Assembly: GCA_964036045.1 (NCBI GenBank)
Contig: OZ038378.1
Location: 161,386,001-161,450,000, forward strand
Reading direction: 5' to 3'
From: Eutreptiella sp. 'Long Island Sound 2002'
Taxonomy: Eukaryota; Protista; Euglenida
DNA length: 64,000 nucleotides
Shown here: in pieces, positions 10,754 to 24,100 of the stretch
Layout of the letters: every line of letters starts with the position of its first letter
Position numbering within the stretch: position 1 is the first letter of the stretch
Notes under the pieces: model-generated
Seen by the model: only the letters and a program-made list of their open reading frames with translations
The model's database searches: none
What the model was told of the DNA's origin: nothing
Made by a program: the position numbers and the translations under genes

Positions 10754-13700
10754 CTGCACAGGGCAATGAGGAGGGCACAGGAGATGGTAATGGGGCGGGG
10801 GGGGGGGGGGGCGGGGTCTGCCATGCAACCCCCCCCCCCCCTGGCACACACACTGCACACCACTGGCTAAGAGGGGTCCAGGAAGTTGTGTAACTTTTGA
10901 AAAGGTGAACAACCCCCAAAAAAAGCGTAAAACGTGCCACTTCTTACCCCTGTAACTTAAACAGTAAAAAATGAACAAGTGGGGGCCACAAGGGTGTGTA
11001 CACCTGCCGGTTCTGTGTGGCAGACCTTAATGACGGGGCGCTTAGTCCTGAAAGTACTCTATAATGCAAAGTACCCAAAGCCCTCTGTGTGGCCACCTTT
11101 AAGAGGGACTTGGCCTGGATAAATACAAGTGGTTTATACCGCCCACCTGATTGGCACCTTCAAGAAGGTGGCTGCCAGAAGACGACAGGGAGACTAGCAA
11201 AAGAGGTTGGCAGGGAAGCTGGGAGGGTTGCATCCCCCGGGGCACCAGTTCTGCGTTCGTCACCCCTCGGGTACACGTGGGTTTGAGTGGCATACTGGAC
11301 CCTAAACACCGCTGCCCCTGTGACATTGACCAGGCCACAAACACCACCAACGAGGCCCTTCATACATCACCCGCCGTACCCCCCGTACACGCGCTGTAGC
11401 AAGGCTGTGCATTGGGCCTCGTGCAGTGCAGTGCGCTGTTGTGCGCCGTTGTACATGAGCCCCGGCGGTAATGCCCTGGTACCGTGACCTGAAGCAGAGC
11501 CCTGTTGTGCCCGATACACAGTGAAACTGGTTGGAGACCCGGTGGAAAGGGCTGCATGCAAACGCTCTGCCCGCGCCGGCGGCGGAGTGGACGCCATGGG
11601 GGCCGTGCACTGCCGCAGTCAGCGGTGGGATCCGTATTCCGCTCGGACCCACGTAGGGCAACCATGCATGTGTAACAAGTAGTAATGATACACGTGCTTG
11701 AAGGTCAAATGAAAAGGGACTCGGCGCCCATAAAAACAAGTGGTCTATACTAGCCCTTTGGCACACTCATGAAGGTGGCCGCCAGAAGACGACATGGAGG
11801 CAACAAACTCTAAAAAGGACTACACAGCCCCTACTGTCTCGGGGTCCCTAGAGCGGGGAGGAATCATACAGGCTGCACAACCCCTAGCAGTCCCGTAGTA
11901 GGCAACATGGGGGTATGTGCTCTGCCCAGCTTGCGAACATTTTTTGCCTCATCAAGGAGCACAAATTCTTCACTGATCGTACACCGTGGCTGCCCTCGTC
12001 TGCAGTAGATGGTCATATGGACCTCACGATGCCACCCCCAGGGTATGCTGACAACATTTTGGGGGTACACCATGGCCGCACACCACTGAAAACCATCCAA
12101 AAGTTTTTTGAAAAATTACTGGGCATCCAGCTGCAGATTGAAGGTGAAGGGACACAATGGACGTCCCTAAATGCCACACTATCCTTTTCACAAGCTACAA
12201 GCCAGATTTCAGTTGCAATGAAACACAAGTTGTCCGTGAATGAACCCCCAAACAAGCGTGTTGTACGGTGTAGGTTTGGACTTCTTTGCAAATATTGTGT
12301 GTCTTTGTTGCTTTTTGCTCGCTTTGTGCTTAGGAACTTTGAAGTACTATGTTCCTACAACGTTTGGGGCAACGTTTGTTGTTCCTGTTGACATACACAT
12401 CCATTCTCCACTGGTCTATAGAGGCAGTGGAAGGGAACAAAAAGGCTAGTCAACAAGGCTGGGTACAACTAATAGAGTCTTCCTTGGAATGCCTACGCAA
12501 AGTGAGGTCCCATCTGGCCACTGTCCGTCCCGAGCCATTTCCCACCCATAATTGGGGTCCCAATATAGAGGGTTACTTGCTGCCCGCAATCATCTGCTTT
12601 TGTGACTATGGTGTAGTGTATCACATGGACATAATTGATGTTTTTATCACTTGTGCCTTTCCTCCTTCATTGTGCATGTTGTCATGATGTAAAACCCTTC
12701 CTTCCTTTGCGCCGAAGGCGCGGAAAAAAATTTTTCCCACTTGTCTTTTGGTCAGGGTTATGCCCTCCCCTTGGGGTTTCACACTAAGAGCCTCCCCAAA
12801 AAGGCCGAAGGTGGGGTTTGGTGACCTTCCCCGAAAAAGCTGAAGGTGGGCTTTTCCCGAAAAGTGCCGAAGATGGTGGAGGCCTTGCCGCCGTGCAAAT
12901 TTACTAATAAAAAAACGCCATCAAAAAGAAAAAAACCAAAACATGATCAGTTGGCACGCTTAGTGCATCCCATGCGGCGGAGGGTCAGCTCATCGTCAAG
13001 CACACGTGACCTGCCATGTCACGACGGCTATCACAACGGGGCCGCACACTCTGCATGGGAGCTCGGGCGCTGCACAATCCGCTGAGCACACAGCACATGC
13101 ACACAGCACATGCACACAGCACACATCAAGACACGCACACACACCGCCCCCATTCAGGCGCATGTAGACGGGCACACCATGATGATGCTGGTAGTCCCAG
13201 TTGCTACTGTACCCACCCGCACGCTCGCTCTTCCCTGAATACCCCGCCTTTTTGTACCCATAATCGGGCCCATAATCCCAATCCTCCTCCGCCCGGCGGC
13301 TGCCCTTTGAGGCATAGCCCCGGTCCCCCCTGCGGTCCTCGTCGGCGTAGCTGCGGCGCTCCTCATAGTCATGGCTCCGGTCGTACTCCCGGTCATAGTC
13401 ATAGTACCCTGTGGCCACAGGGGGAAGGGCACAGGAGCAGTTTGGGGGGGGACATGGAAGTCGAGCACAAAACCATCGTATTGGCATTTGGTTGTTTGCT
13501 GTGAAGGCGGGTGCCAAGCCTTTTTAGCAGTCGCCGCACGGGCCCTGCCCACGCGTGGGGGTTGGGGTGCGGAAATGAACTGAACAGGAGGTGTGTGGGG
13601 GGGTGCACCCCAACCCCCGCGGCGTGGGCGGCGGGGGGGGGGGGTACAGAGGGCGGCGGGGGGCACTTGGGAGGTCCCCGTTTCATTGGGAGCATTTTGC

Positions 13701-15129
13701 ATATGCACAAGTCCGGAGGCGCACAATCCCCTTGGACCATTCACCACAAATTGGGGGGGGGGGGATGGGGGGGAGGATTCTGCGCCCCGGTCCACAGGGG
13801 TCAAACCAATTTTCCGGGCGGCGCTGGTGGCCAAGTCGGTGCTTCCCCATTGTTCACCGTCAGTGTGGGTTTGGGGGGGTCCGGCCCGTCACGTCACGGC
13901 CCGTGCACTGAGCAGGCGGGTACCCGCACACCGCTGACCCCCCACTGCCCTCTGAGAACTGAGACCACCCCCATCTGCACCCCCGGGGCCTGGGGCGTGT
14001 GTCATTCGTCGCAGTGGCCGCCCGGAGGTGCCCACAACATCGAGGCCTCACTCCTCCTCACGCCCCCACCCCCTGAGGGCACCCCCCCCCCCCCCGGTCC
14101 GTGCCCTGGCATCCCCCCCGATGCACCACCCAATGGACAGGGCGCATGCCATATGCACAAGGCCATCAAAGCGGTGGGGGCATGGGACAACGGGACAGGG
14201 CCCGGAAGCCATCGACACCTGCGCCGTAGTCCCGCGCTCGCCGGGACCGGGGGGCCTCCCAGTCCCAGTCCCGTCCAGTGTCCCACTCCCATTTCCACGA
14301 GCGGTCCTCCCTCTCGTAGTCCCACTGCCGGTCCCATGACCGCTCCTTCTCCCGCGATGCAAACCACGCGTCCCTGGCCTCCGCATCCCACCGACCATCA
14401 ACGGGACTGGCTTTGGGGCGTGCAGTGGAGCGCGGCTTTGGGATCTCGACCACATCGTCATCGTCATCATCCGCACGCAGCTTGTCCTTGCCTTTGGAGG
14501 AGTGGAGGTATCACAGTCATGGTTTGTGGTGCAGTACGGCACGGGGCAGCAGCAGAGCATGCACCAGCAGCAGCAGCAGTGGCTGCATCAGCAGCAACAG
14601 TAAGAGGTACAGGAGCGGATACAAAGGCACCAGCAACAACGGCAGCACCCGCAGCAGCAGCAGCAACAGCAAGATTAACAACAGCGGCGGCAAATGCACA
14701 AGCAACAACGGCAGCAGTAGCAGCAGCAGCAATGGTAGCAATAACCACAACAGTAGTAGCAGCACCAATGGATAACAGCAGCAGCAGCAGCAGTGGTGGA
14801 GGCAAACCTGATAAACAACCCAAGGATCAAGGGCCAACAGCCCAGTGCAGGTAGGGGCACTGGACAGAAGTGCCCACATGACAGAGCAGTGCTTTGCTAT
14901 ACCGAGTTGTGCTTTGCCCTCCAAAACAACACTGTGCCACATTGGATTTGTGAAGTGTAGGGGGTGACAACCATAACAGTTCCGCCAAAATGGGTGTGTG
15001 GTAAAAGGCAGGGTGACCAACAGACAGCCAGAAACAGCCCAGGGAAAAGGGAAAAGGGAAAAACTTTGTGTGGGCAACCCCGTGTGCCATTGAGATACCC
15101 TTGTAGGATTGTATCACTTGTACGTTTGC

Positions 15130-15182
<53 letters not shown>

Positions 15183-18100
15183 CACCCAAATCTTTCAAAT
15201 CATGCTCAAACTGCGAGGTTCAACTTCTAAGACCTACTGCTATGCGACCGAACCTTGAGTTCATGTGTTCTTGCGCCCCGTCGTCGGGCTTCAGGAGAAC
15301 TGTGTGTGTGTGTGTGTGTAGCTAGCGACAGCAGCGACAACAGCGGCTGCAGAAGCGACAACAGCGGCCAGAAAATCCTTGGGACAGTCAGAAATTCCAG
15401 GGGGCAGCCGAAAAACCTGGGAGGCAGACGGAAGCACCCTGGGACAATCGGAAGTTCCAAGGGACGGCCGGAGAGACCAGAGGGATGCCAGAAAAAGCAG
15501 TTGGCGGCCAAACACATCAAGGGGCAGCTTGGAACACCAAGGGGCGGCAGGACAAACCATGGGGTGGCCGGGCAACTAGGGGTCAGCCAGAATTTTCAGG
15601 GGGTCAGCCAGGAAAAGCAAGGGGTGGTCAAAAAAACCAGGGGGCAGCCAAAGACACCTAGGGGCAACCAGAAACAACACAAGGCAGCCAGAAAAATCAC
15701 GGAGCAATCAGGCACTCCATAAGCCCCCGCCCCCCCCCCCCCCGAAATGCCAGAGGGCCACCGGAGAAGCCGTGGTGCAGCTAGAAAAAATAGGGTAACA
15801 AGAAAAACCAAGGGGCCGTCACGGATAGCGAAGGGAAGCCAGAGACACCAAGGGATGGCCGGAAAATCAAGGGGGCAGCCAGAAAGACCACGGGGCTGAC
15901 AAAAAATCTAGGCGGCAATTAGAAGCACTGAGGGACAGCCAGAAAAACCAAGGAGGCCACTAGGAAATCAAAGGGGTGGACAGAAGTTTCACAGGGCAGG
16001 CAAAAAAACAGGGTGTGGCCAGAGACTCCAAGGGGATAGGGTAGGCACAACCCGGTATGGCGTAGAGGGACATCACAAAACACATGCTTCCGCTGTGCTA
16101 TTGCTGTGGTTTCACCACACACCTCCACTTCACCATCACTACACAAACACTAGTGCATCCACTGTGCTCCCGCTGTGCTCCTGCTGTGCTGCTGCTGTGC
16201 TCCTGCTGTGCTGTGCTCCTGCTGTGCATGCTCAGACTCAAGTGCACTCCGGTCAAAAACACATGGGGAGAAGGGGGGGGGGGGCAAATAGGTAAATGGG
16301 TGACAATACATGCGCAGTTCACAAAATACTTGTGTCCCAGCTCCACCTTCCTTTCCTCCTTCCCTCCTCCAACTCATAGTCAGAGCCGGGGTCCGGTGAA
16401 GGGTGCTATTGATACGGCTTGCATGGGTTGAGGGTCCTGCGCCTTACCCTCACCTCCTTAGGGTGCTCCTAATGAGAGTGCCCGGAGGAAAAGTATGCCG
16501 CGGGGCAGTGTGTGGGGGTCTAGAGGTACGGCTTGATACTCCCCTGCTTCCCGGATGGGTGTACACATGAGTTCCACCCTAGCCCCCGGGAATCCGGGCT
16601 TGCGAGTTGCAGCCGCCTTGCGCACCCCAAATTCTTGGGCTATTGGTATCCCGGGGGCCTATAGGTCACCCGTTCCACGGTCCACGGGAAATGCGAGCGC
16701 TACGGTGTTAAGCCCCCTTGCGCAGCCTTGCTCCGGGCAACACCCAGGGTATTGTGCTGTCTCTCGTTACCGTGTGTAACCACACTCAGCCAACACTCCA
16801 CCAAAATGAGCAGCACCAATGGTAGCAATAACCACAACAGTAGTAGCAGCACCAATGGATAACAACAGCAGCAGCAGCAGTGGTGGAGGCAAATCTGATA
16901 AACAACCCAAGGATCAAGGGCCAACAGCCCAGTGCAGGTAGGGGCACTGGGCAGAAGTGCCCCCCCCCCCCCCCCACACACACACAGAGCAGTGCTTTGC
17001 TATACCGAGTTGTGCTTTGCCCTCCAAAACAACACTGTGCCACATTGGATTTGTGAGGGCTGTATGTATACGCGTATACGTATATGCCTATACGTATACG
17101 CGTATATGCATATGCGTATACGCGTATATGTATACGCGTATACGTCGCGCATACATATACGTATACGTGTATACATATACATATATGTGTATACGCGTAT
17201 ACGCATATACGTATACGCGTATACATAGACATAGACATAGACATAGACCAAAGGTGCAAATCCGTCTACAGGAGTTACCGAACACTGCAGCTCAAGCGGG
17301 TGGTTCCCACCTAGTGCAGCGCCGTGGGCCCCAGGGCTGCCTGAGGTTGTCCACTGCCTGACGGTTTGACCCGGAGGACCGGGGATACCGGCTGTCCAGG
17401 ATTTTGGGGCAGTGGCAACTGCATGGCATTATGTGCAATAGCGCCGGTGTCAGACGCTGGTCCGAGCAGCCGGGGGGTGCATTTGGCAAGGCAGAGCACA
17501 GCATTAGCAGCACAAGCAAATACAAGGCCTAGGGGTGCAGCATTGCAGCAAACAAGCAACAAAGCAGCAAGCCGCAGCACAAGACAAGTATGAAGATGTC
17601 CCCGATGGCCCACGTGTCAGGTCGTCCCATGGGTATGGGGCACGCAGTCTCTGTGGATTGCTCGTCAGTACCTCCCCACGCCTCTTACCTTGCACCCTGC
17701 CGCAACACAGGACATCGCCCCTGCCCCTGTCACCCATCATCCCTCCTGACCCATATGCCCCTCTGACGGCCCTCTGGCACGGCCCACGAACACATCCACC
17801 CCTGCCCTGGCACGCAGTAGGCTGGTGAACGGTTACGGACAGGATTTCTTGGAGCTCCGACCTAGCCTGCCCCTGGGTCATCACAGCTCACCAGTACTCG
17901 GCGTCCATAGCTGTCGTGTTCCCCCTCACCCCGGGGCAGCATCAACCACGTTCACGCCGCCCTAGCGTATACACAACCCCACCCTCCCACATTCGTCTGC
18001 ATGGCTGATATAATATACTCGTGGGGGGTCTGCTTATAGTATAATCGTCATGTGGCTCAAGGTCGGTACGCGGGGCCCCGGTGAGCTGCAGGACATGGCT

Positions 18101-21100
18101 ACGTAACGTACCCCGGTGCGGACGTACACATGCGCGTGGAGGGGGGGGTGCCAGCAGGAAGGGTGTATTCCCATACCCTAGGTACCTCGGCACTTAGGTG
18201 CTCCCACGTACCCCACTGGCGTTGGCGTTACCTCACAGGCCTTTCCCCTTTGTCAGGGCTTGCACCCCAGACTTATGGCACATTACACCGTGCCTCCACG
18301 GGGCCGGGAACATCCTCCGGCCCGCCCACTGCCCACACATGCCCTGCTTATTCCGGGCTGTTGCGTCCGTTTAAATTCGGCTCTTAGTAGCCTGCCCCGC
18401 AGCTCCCCAGGAGCCAGAGACGTCCCACACTGGCCGGCACACTAGGTCGACGCCACTCCAGACCAGTGCAGTACGCCTCCAGCGGCTGCCCCGCGTCGTC
18501 GACCGAGCACCCTGGACCAGACTGTCGGGGCATGACGTGTCTACGTGAGGGAGGTTGTCACCTCAGCAGTGTCGTCAGCCCACGGCGCCTGTGACCCTCA
18601 CTGGTTATATGATAACGCGCGCCAGCACGCGCGGCACAGCGGTATACTGTTATTTTATAGATTTTAACATATGGCGGGATACAGGCCCAGGGGAACTAGC
18701 GTCGCTCAACACCAGCGGCAGCTGTACCCGCACTCCGCCACGCACGCGGCCCTAGTATACAATAGCCAGACGGCCAGGCCGCCGCTGACCATGCTGTCGG
18801 ATTGCCCAGTGTGTGTGCGGCTTTGATTTGAGCCACGACGAACACGTATGCACCCTTACACACCCCTCACCCCCCATAACAGCCGAGTAAGCGGGCACTG
18901 CGACACCGCGTGCCCTGGGTGTTGGTCACTGGGTCGCACGCTAGCACATTATCCGCTCCCTAGTGCAGCACAGAGAGCAGGCACGGTTACGCCGCTTGCC
19001 TTGGGTGTAGGTCATTTGGCTCCGTGCAAGCGCACGGGGTTAGGACTATGTACAAGAGAGCAGCAGCACCCTCTAGTTCTCTTTTGGGGCCAGGGGATGC
19101 CCCGATACTACCCCCGCGTCGTTTCTAGGGTCGGCGAGGACGCCCCGATACCCCTCGGAGTTGTTTCTGGGGTCCGGGGCCACCCCTGTACTCCCCCCGC
19201 TTTGTTTGTGGGGCCGGAGGGGCTCCCCGATACCGCCCTGAGTTGTTCCTGAGGTCAGGGGCCACCCCAATACTCCCCCCGCGTTGTTTGTGGGGCCGGA
19301 GGGAATCCCCGGTACCCCCCTGAGTTGGTCCTGGGGTCAGGGGTCACCCCGATACTCCCCCCGCGTTGGTCGTGGGACCGGTACCTCCCTGAGTTGTTCC
19401 TGGGGTCAAGAGACACCCCGGTACCCCCACCTAGTTGCTCCTGGGGCCAGTGGGGGCCCCTGTACCTCCTCGAGTTGTTCCCGGGGTGGAGGGACACCCC
19501 TATACTCCATTCCGGTTGTTCCTGGAGCCCGGAGGACTCCCCCGTACCTCCCTGAGTTGCTCCTGGGGTCAGGGGAGACCCCTGTAAGCCCACAACCACT
19601 CTCATCCGGCGCTCCGGTCTCGCATGCGGACGACTTGGCCTCGCGTCCGCCTGCACGGGGGCGACCCCCCACGCCCGGCAGTACGCACCCCAAGACCATT
19701 CACCTCCCATGTCCACCATGCCTGTGTCCCGCCCTCCTCCGGTACTGAGGGCCGTCTCGAGCAGCGTGAGGGCAGACGCACGAACCAGCTCAGACCCGGG
19801 CCGCCTGCCACGCAGCACAGGTCGTCATATCGCATGCATCCGCCACAGTACGCTGCTCGTAGATTTAGACATGTACCTCCGTCCCACGCCATACGGCTTG
19901 GCCGCCCGTCATCGCCACACATCACGGGCGCCGCCACCTGGCAAGGATGACGGGACTATCCACCAGCGCCGCCACCCACGGGAGCAACGGCAGCTCCACT
20001 GTGGGTTCATCCGGTGGGAGTAGCTCCTCTATCCGCACCGCGCGGATGTCACGACAGACCTCGTCCCACCCGGCCTTCGTGAAGTGCCCGGAGTGGCGCA
20101 TGGCGTGTCGCACCGACGGCCACCCACGGAGCACCCGCCCCCTGCACCCTTCGCACAGCGGTGCCGACCCACAACGGTGGAGCCAGACCGGCTCGGACGC
20201 ACCACACCCATGGCAGACGTGCGGCAGCACCGACAGCGCCGGAGTGCAGGGCGCCACACACCGTTGGGACCATATGTCACGCCAGACCTCGTGACATCCC
20301 TCCGAATACTGCCTGAGGGCACGTACGAGCCGGCGCACCGTGGACGCGTCAAGGAGCCGCTCCCGGGCCTGCTCCCATGCGGCCACGGGTTCCACGACCG
20401 CCGGCGCAGTCTCATCCCCCGGCAGGGAGTCCGTGAGTCGGGGCCACCTGACGTCCAGAGCTGGGACCCCCGCTCCACCAAGAACGTCCCATCCATAGTC
20501 TCCCACGACATACCGGAGCAGCTCCCCCACATCCTCGGCAAGGCGATCCCGCGTGACAAGCACCAACCGCATCCCCTCCTTCTAGGCTTCCAGCACAGGC
20601 CGCAACCCAAGCGAGCCCAGCTCAAACCGGACTTGCCCCGCCTGACTGCCTTCGTCTGCTGGCAATGAGACGAGGACCGCCTTGAGCCGATCCTTGGCAA
20701 TCCCCTGCAGGATGCCCAGGTGCCGTGTCCCGTGGAGAACGGCCATGCATTCAGACCCACGTGTGTCGGCCCGGGAAGTAGTTCCCCCTGGCGACAGAAC
20801 GTCCTTGACGTCTACCGTCAAGGCTGTGACCAGCACCGGCATAGCACAGTAGGGCGGCTGCAGCATCGGTAGGACCGACGGCATCCACCCTAGGATAGAG
20901 GCCAGTGCCGGGCACGTCACAAAGGCCTCGAGCCGGGGGACCGCGGTCCCACCCTGGGATTTAACCCTGGTGCCCCGGAGAGTGGCCCATGACTGGGCAG
21001 ACGCCACTCGGGCTCCCGCCCGAAGATCTGCGAAGTTGCGGGACTCCCAGGACCGGATCAGGGAGTCATGGACAGTCGATATCGCCGTTAGCCACCCGGG

Positions 21101-24100
21101 GAAGAGCCGCATGGCTTCGTCGCTGGAGCACGGCCTGCGAGTCACCCGGGAGGGCGTCAAACGGATTCCAAGGTGGGAGCCTTTTCTCCCGGGGAACTGG
21201 CGGGCATACGTTGGTCTCACCGCGGAGGAAGACATACGGCTTGGTACTCCCCTGCTTCCCGGATGGGTGTACCACATGAGTTCCACCCTAGCCCCCGGGA
21301 ATCCGGGCTTGCGAGTTGCAGCCGCCTTGCGCACCCCAAATTCTTGGGCTATTGGTATCCCGGGGGCCTATAGGTCACCCGTTCCACGGTCCACGGGAAA
21401 TGCGAGCGCTACGGTGTTAAGCCCCCTTGCGCAGCCTTGCTCCGGGCAACACCCAGGGTATTGTGCTGTCTCTCGTTACCGTGTGTAACCACACTCAGCC
21501 AACACTCCACCAAAATGAGCAGCACCAATGGTAGCAATAACCACAACAGTAGTAGCAGCACCAATGGATAACAACAGCAGCAGCAGCAGTGGTGGAGGCA
21601 AATCTGATAAACAACCCAAGGATCAAGGGCCAACAGCCCAGTGCAGGTAGGGGCACTGGGCAGAAGTGCCCCCCCCCCCCCCACACACACACAGAGCAGT
21701 GCTTTGCTATACCGAGTTGTGCTTTGCCCTCCAAAACAACACTGTGCCACATTGGATTTGTGAGGGCTGTATGTATACGCGTATACGTATATGCCTATAC
21801 GTATACGCGTATATGCGTATGCGTATACGCGTATATGTCGTGTATATGTCGCGCATACATATACGTATACGTGTATACATATACATATATGCGTATACAT
21901 GTATACGCATATACGTATATGCGTATACATATACGTATACGTGTATACATGTACGCGTATGCGTATATGTATACGTATACGCGTATATGCGCATATACGG
22001 GTATGCGTATACGCGCGTATGCATGTACGCATACACTAACACGACGTCTATACGGAGAGTTTGTGTAAACATGTATATGTTGCATATACGGAAGCCATGT
22101 CGATGTAGGTTATGAGCGCACCTTTGTTGTACTAAGCATGCCAAAATTGAAATGACCCCCAAAACCACATTACATGCAAAGCAAGTGGGAACCCAGTTGT
22201 GCCTCCTCCACCCTGCCCCACCCCCTGTACCGCCAGTGTGCACGTTCCTCGCTCGCTTTGCTCGCTCCAAACCTGCCCCTAGGCGCCTTTGCTCGCTCTA
22301 AAGACGTGCCCAAATACATGGGTAAGCGATGTTGGCACACCCATTTTGGGGGAAGGGGGCCTAAGGCCCCTTCCTGAATTTTGGCACTTCGTGTCTACAA
22401 CATGCCGACAGTGTCTACAATGCTGACAATGGCTACCATTAGTGGGCCGCGTCTACTTGGGGTACACAGTGTCAATAGAATGCCAAACCCGTATACACGG
22501 GTAAACACTGTTACTGCCCCGTGTTTTGGGAAGGGGGCCCTGGGCCCCCTTCCTAAATGTTGGCACTTCGTGTCTACAACATGCCGACGGTGTCTACAAT
22601 TAGTAGTCCGCGTCTACTTGGGATGCACAGTGTCTACAGTCCACAGACTGCTAGACCCGTATACACAGGTAAACGTTGTTGCTGCCCAGTGTTTTGGCCC
22701 CCTTCCCGAATATTAGCACTTCGGGTCTACAACATGCCAACAGTGTCTACAATTAGTAGGCCGCATCTACTTGGGGTGCACAATGTCTACAGACCACAGA
22801 CCAACGGACCCTTTCCCAAATATTGGCACTTCGGGTCTACAACATGCCGACACTGTCTGCAATTAGCAGACCGCGTCTACTTGGGGTGCACAATGTCTAC
22901 AGACCACAAGACCACAGACCAACGGACCCGTGTGCACGGGTAAACGTTGTTCCTGCCTCGTGTTTTGGGAAGGAGGCCTTCGGCCCCCTTCCCGAATATT
23001 GGCACTTCGCATCTACAACATTCCGACAGTGTCTACAATTAGTGGGCCGCGTCTACTTGGGGTACACAGTGTCTACAGACCATAGACCGCCAAACCCGTA
23101 TACACGGGTAAACGCTGTTGCTGCCCCGTGTTTTGGGACGAGGGGCCTTGGGCCCCCTTCCTAAATATTGGCACTTCCCGCCTACAACATGCCGACGGTG
23201 TCTACAATTAGTAGTCCACATCTACTTGGGGTGCACAGTGTCTACAGACCACAGACCGCCAGACCCGTATACACGGGTAAATGTTGTTGCTGCCCCGTGT
23301 TTGGGCCCCCTTCCCGAATATTGGCACTCCGGGTCTACAACATGCCGACAGTGTCTACATTTAGCAGGCCGCGTCTACTTGGGGTGCACAATGTCTACAG
23401 ACTACAGACCAACAGACCCGTGTGCACGGGGAAACGCTGTTGCTGCCCCGCGTTTTGGGAAGGAGGCCTTCGGCCCTCCTTCCCGAATATTGGCACTTCG
23501 CGTTTACCACATGCCGACAGTGTCTACAATTAGCAGGCCGTGTCTAGTTGGGGTGCACAATGTCTACAGACCACAAACCACCGGACCCTTGTGCACGGGT
23601 AAACATGGTTGCTGCCCCGTGTTTTGGGAAGGGGGCCTTCAGCCCCCCTCCGAAATATTGGCACTTTGCGTCTACAACATGCCGACAGTGTCTACAATTA
23701 GCAGGCCGCGTCTAGTTGGGGTGCACATTGTCTACAGACCACAAACCGCCGAACCGGTATACACGGGTAAACGTTGTTGCTGCCCCGTGATTTGGGAAGG
23801 GGGCCTTCGGACCGTATCCCGAATATTGGCACTTGGCGTCTATAGCATGCCGATAGTATCTACAATTAGCAGGCCGCGTCTACTTGGGGTGCACAGTGTC
23901 TACAGACCACAGACCGCCAGACCCGTGTACACGGGTAAACGCTGTTGCTACCCCGTGTTTTGCGAAAGAGGCCTTCGTCCCTCCTTCCTGAATATTGGCA
24001 CTGCACTTCTACAACATGCCGACAGTGTCGACAATTAGTACGCCGCGTCTACTAGGGATGCATAGTGTCTACAGACCACAGACCGCCAGACTCTTGTGCA

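Noticed and set aside
20084-21488. Plus-strand ORFs 20084-20668 and 20970-21488 as genes
   Set aside because: Probably antisense shadows of the minus-strand retro-ORF, which carries the Zn finger and shared motifs.
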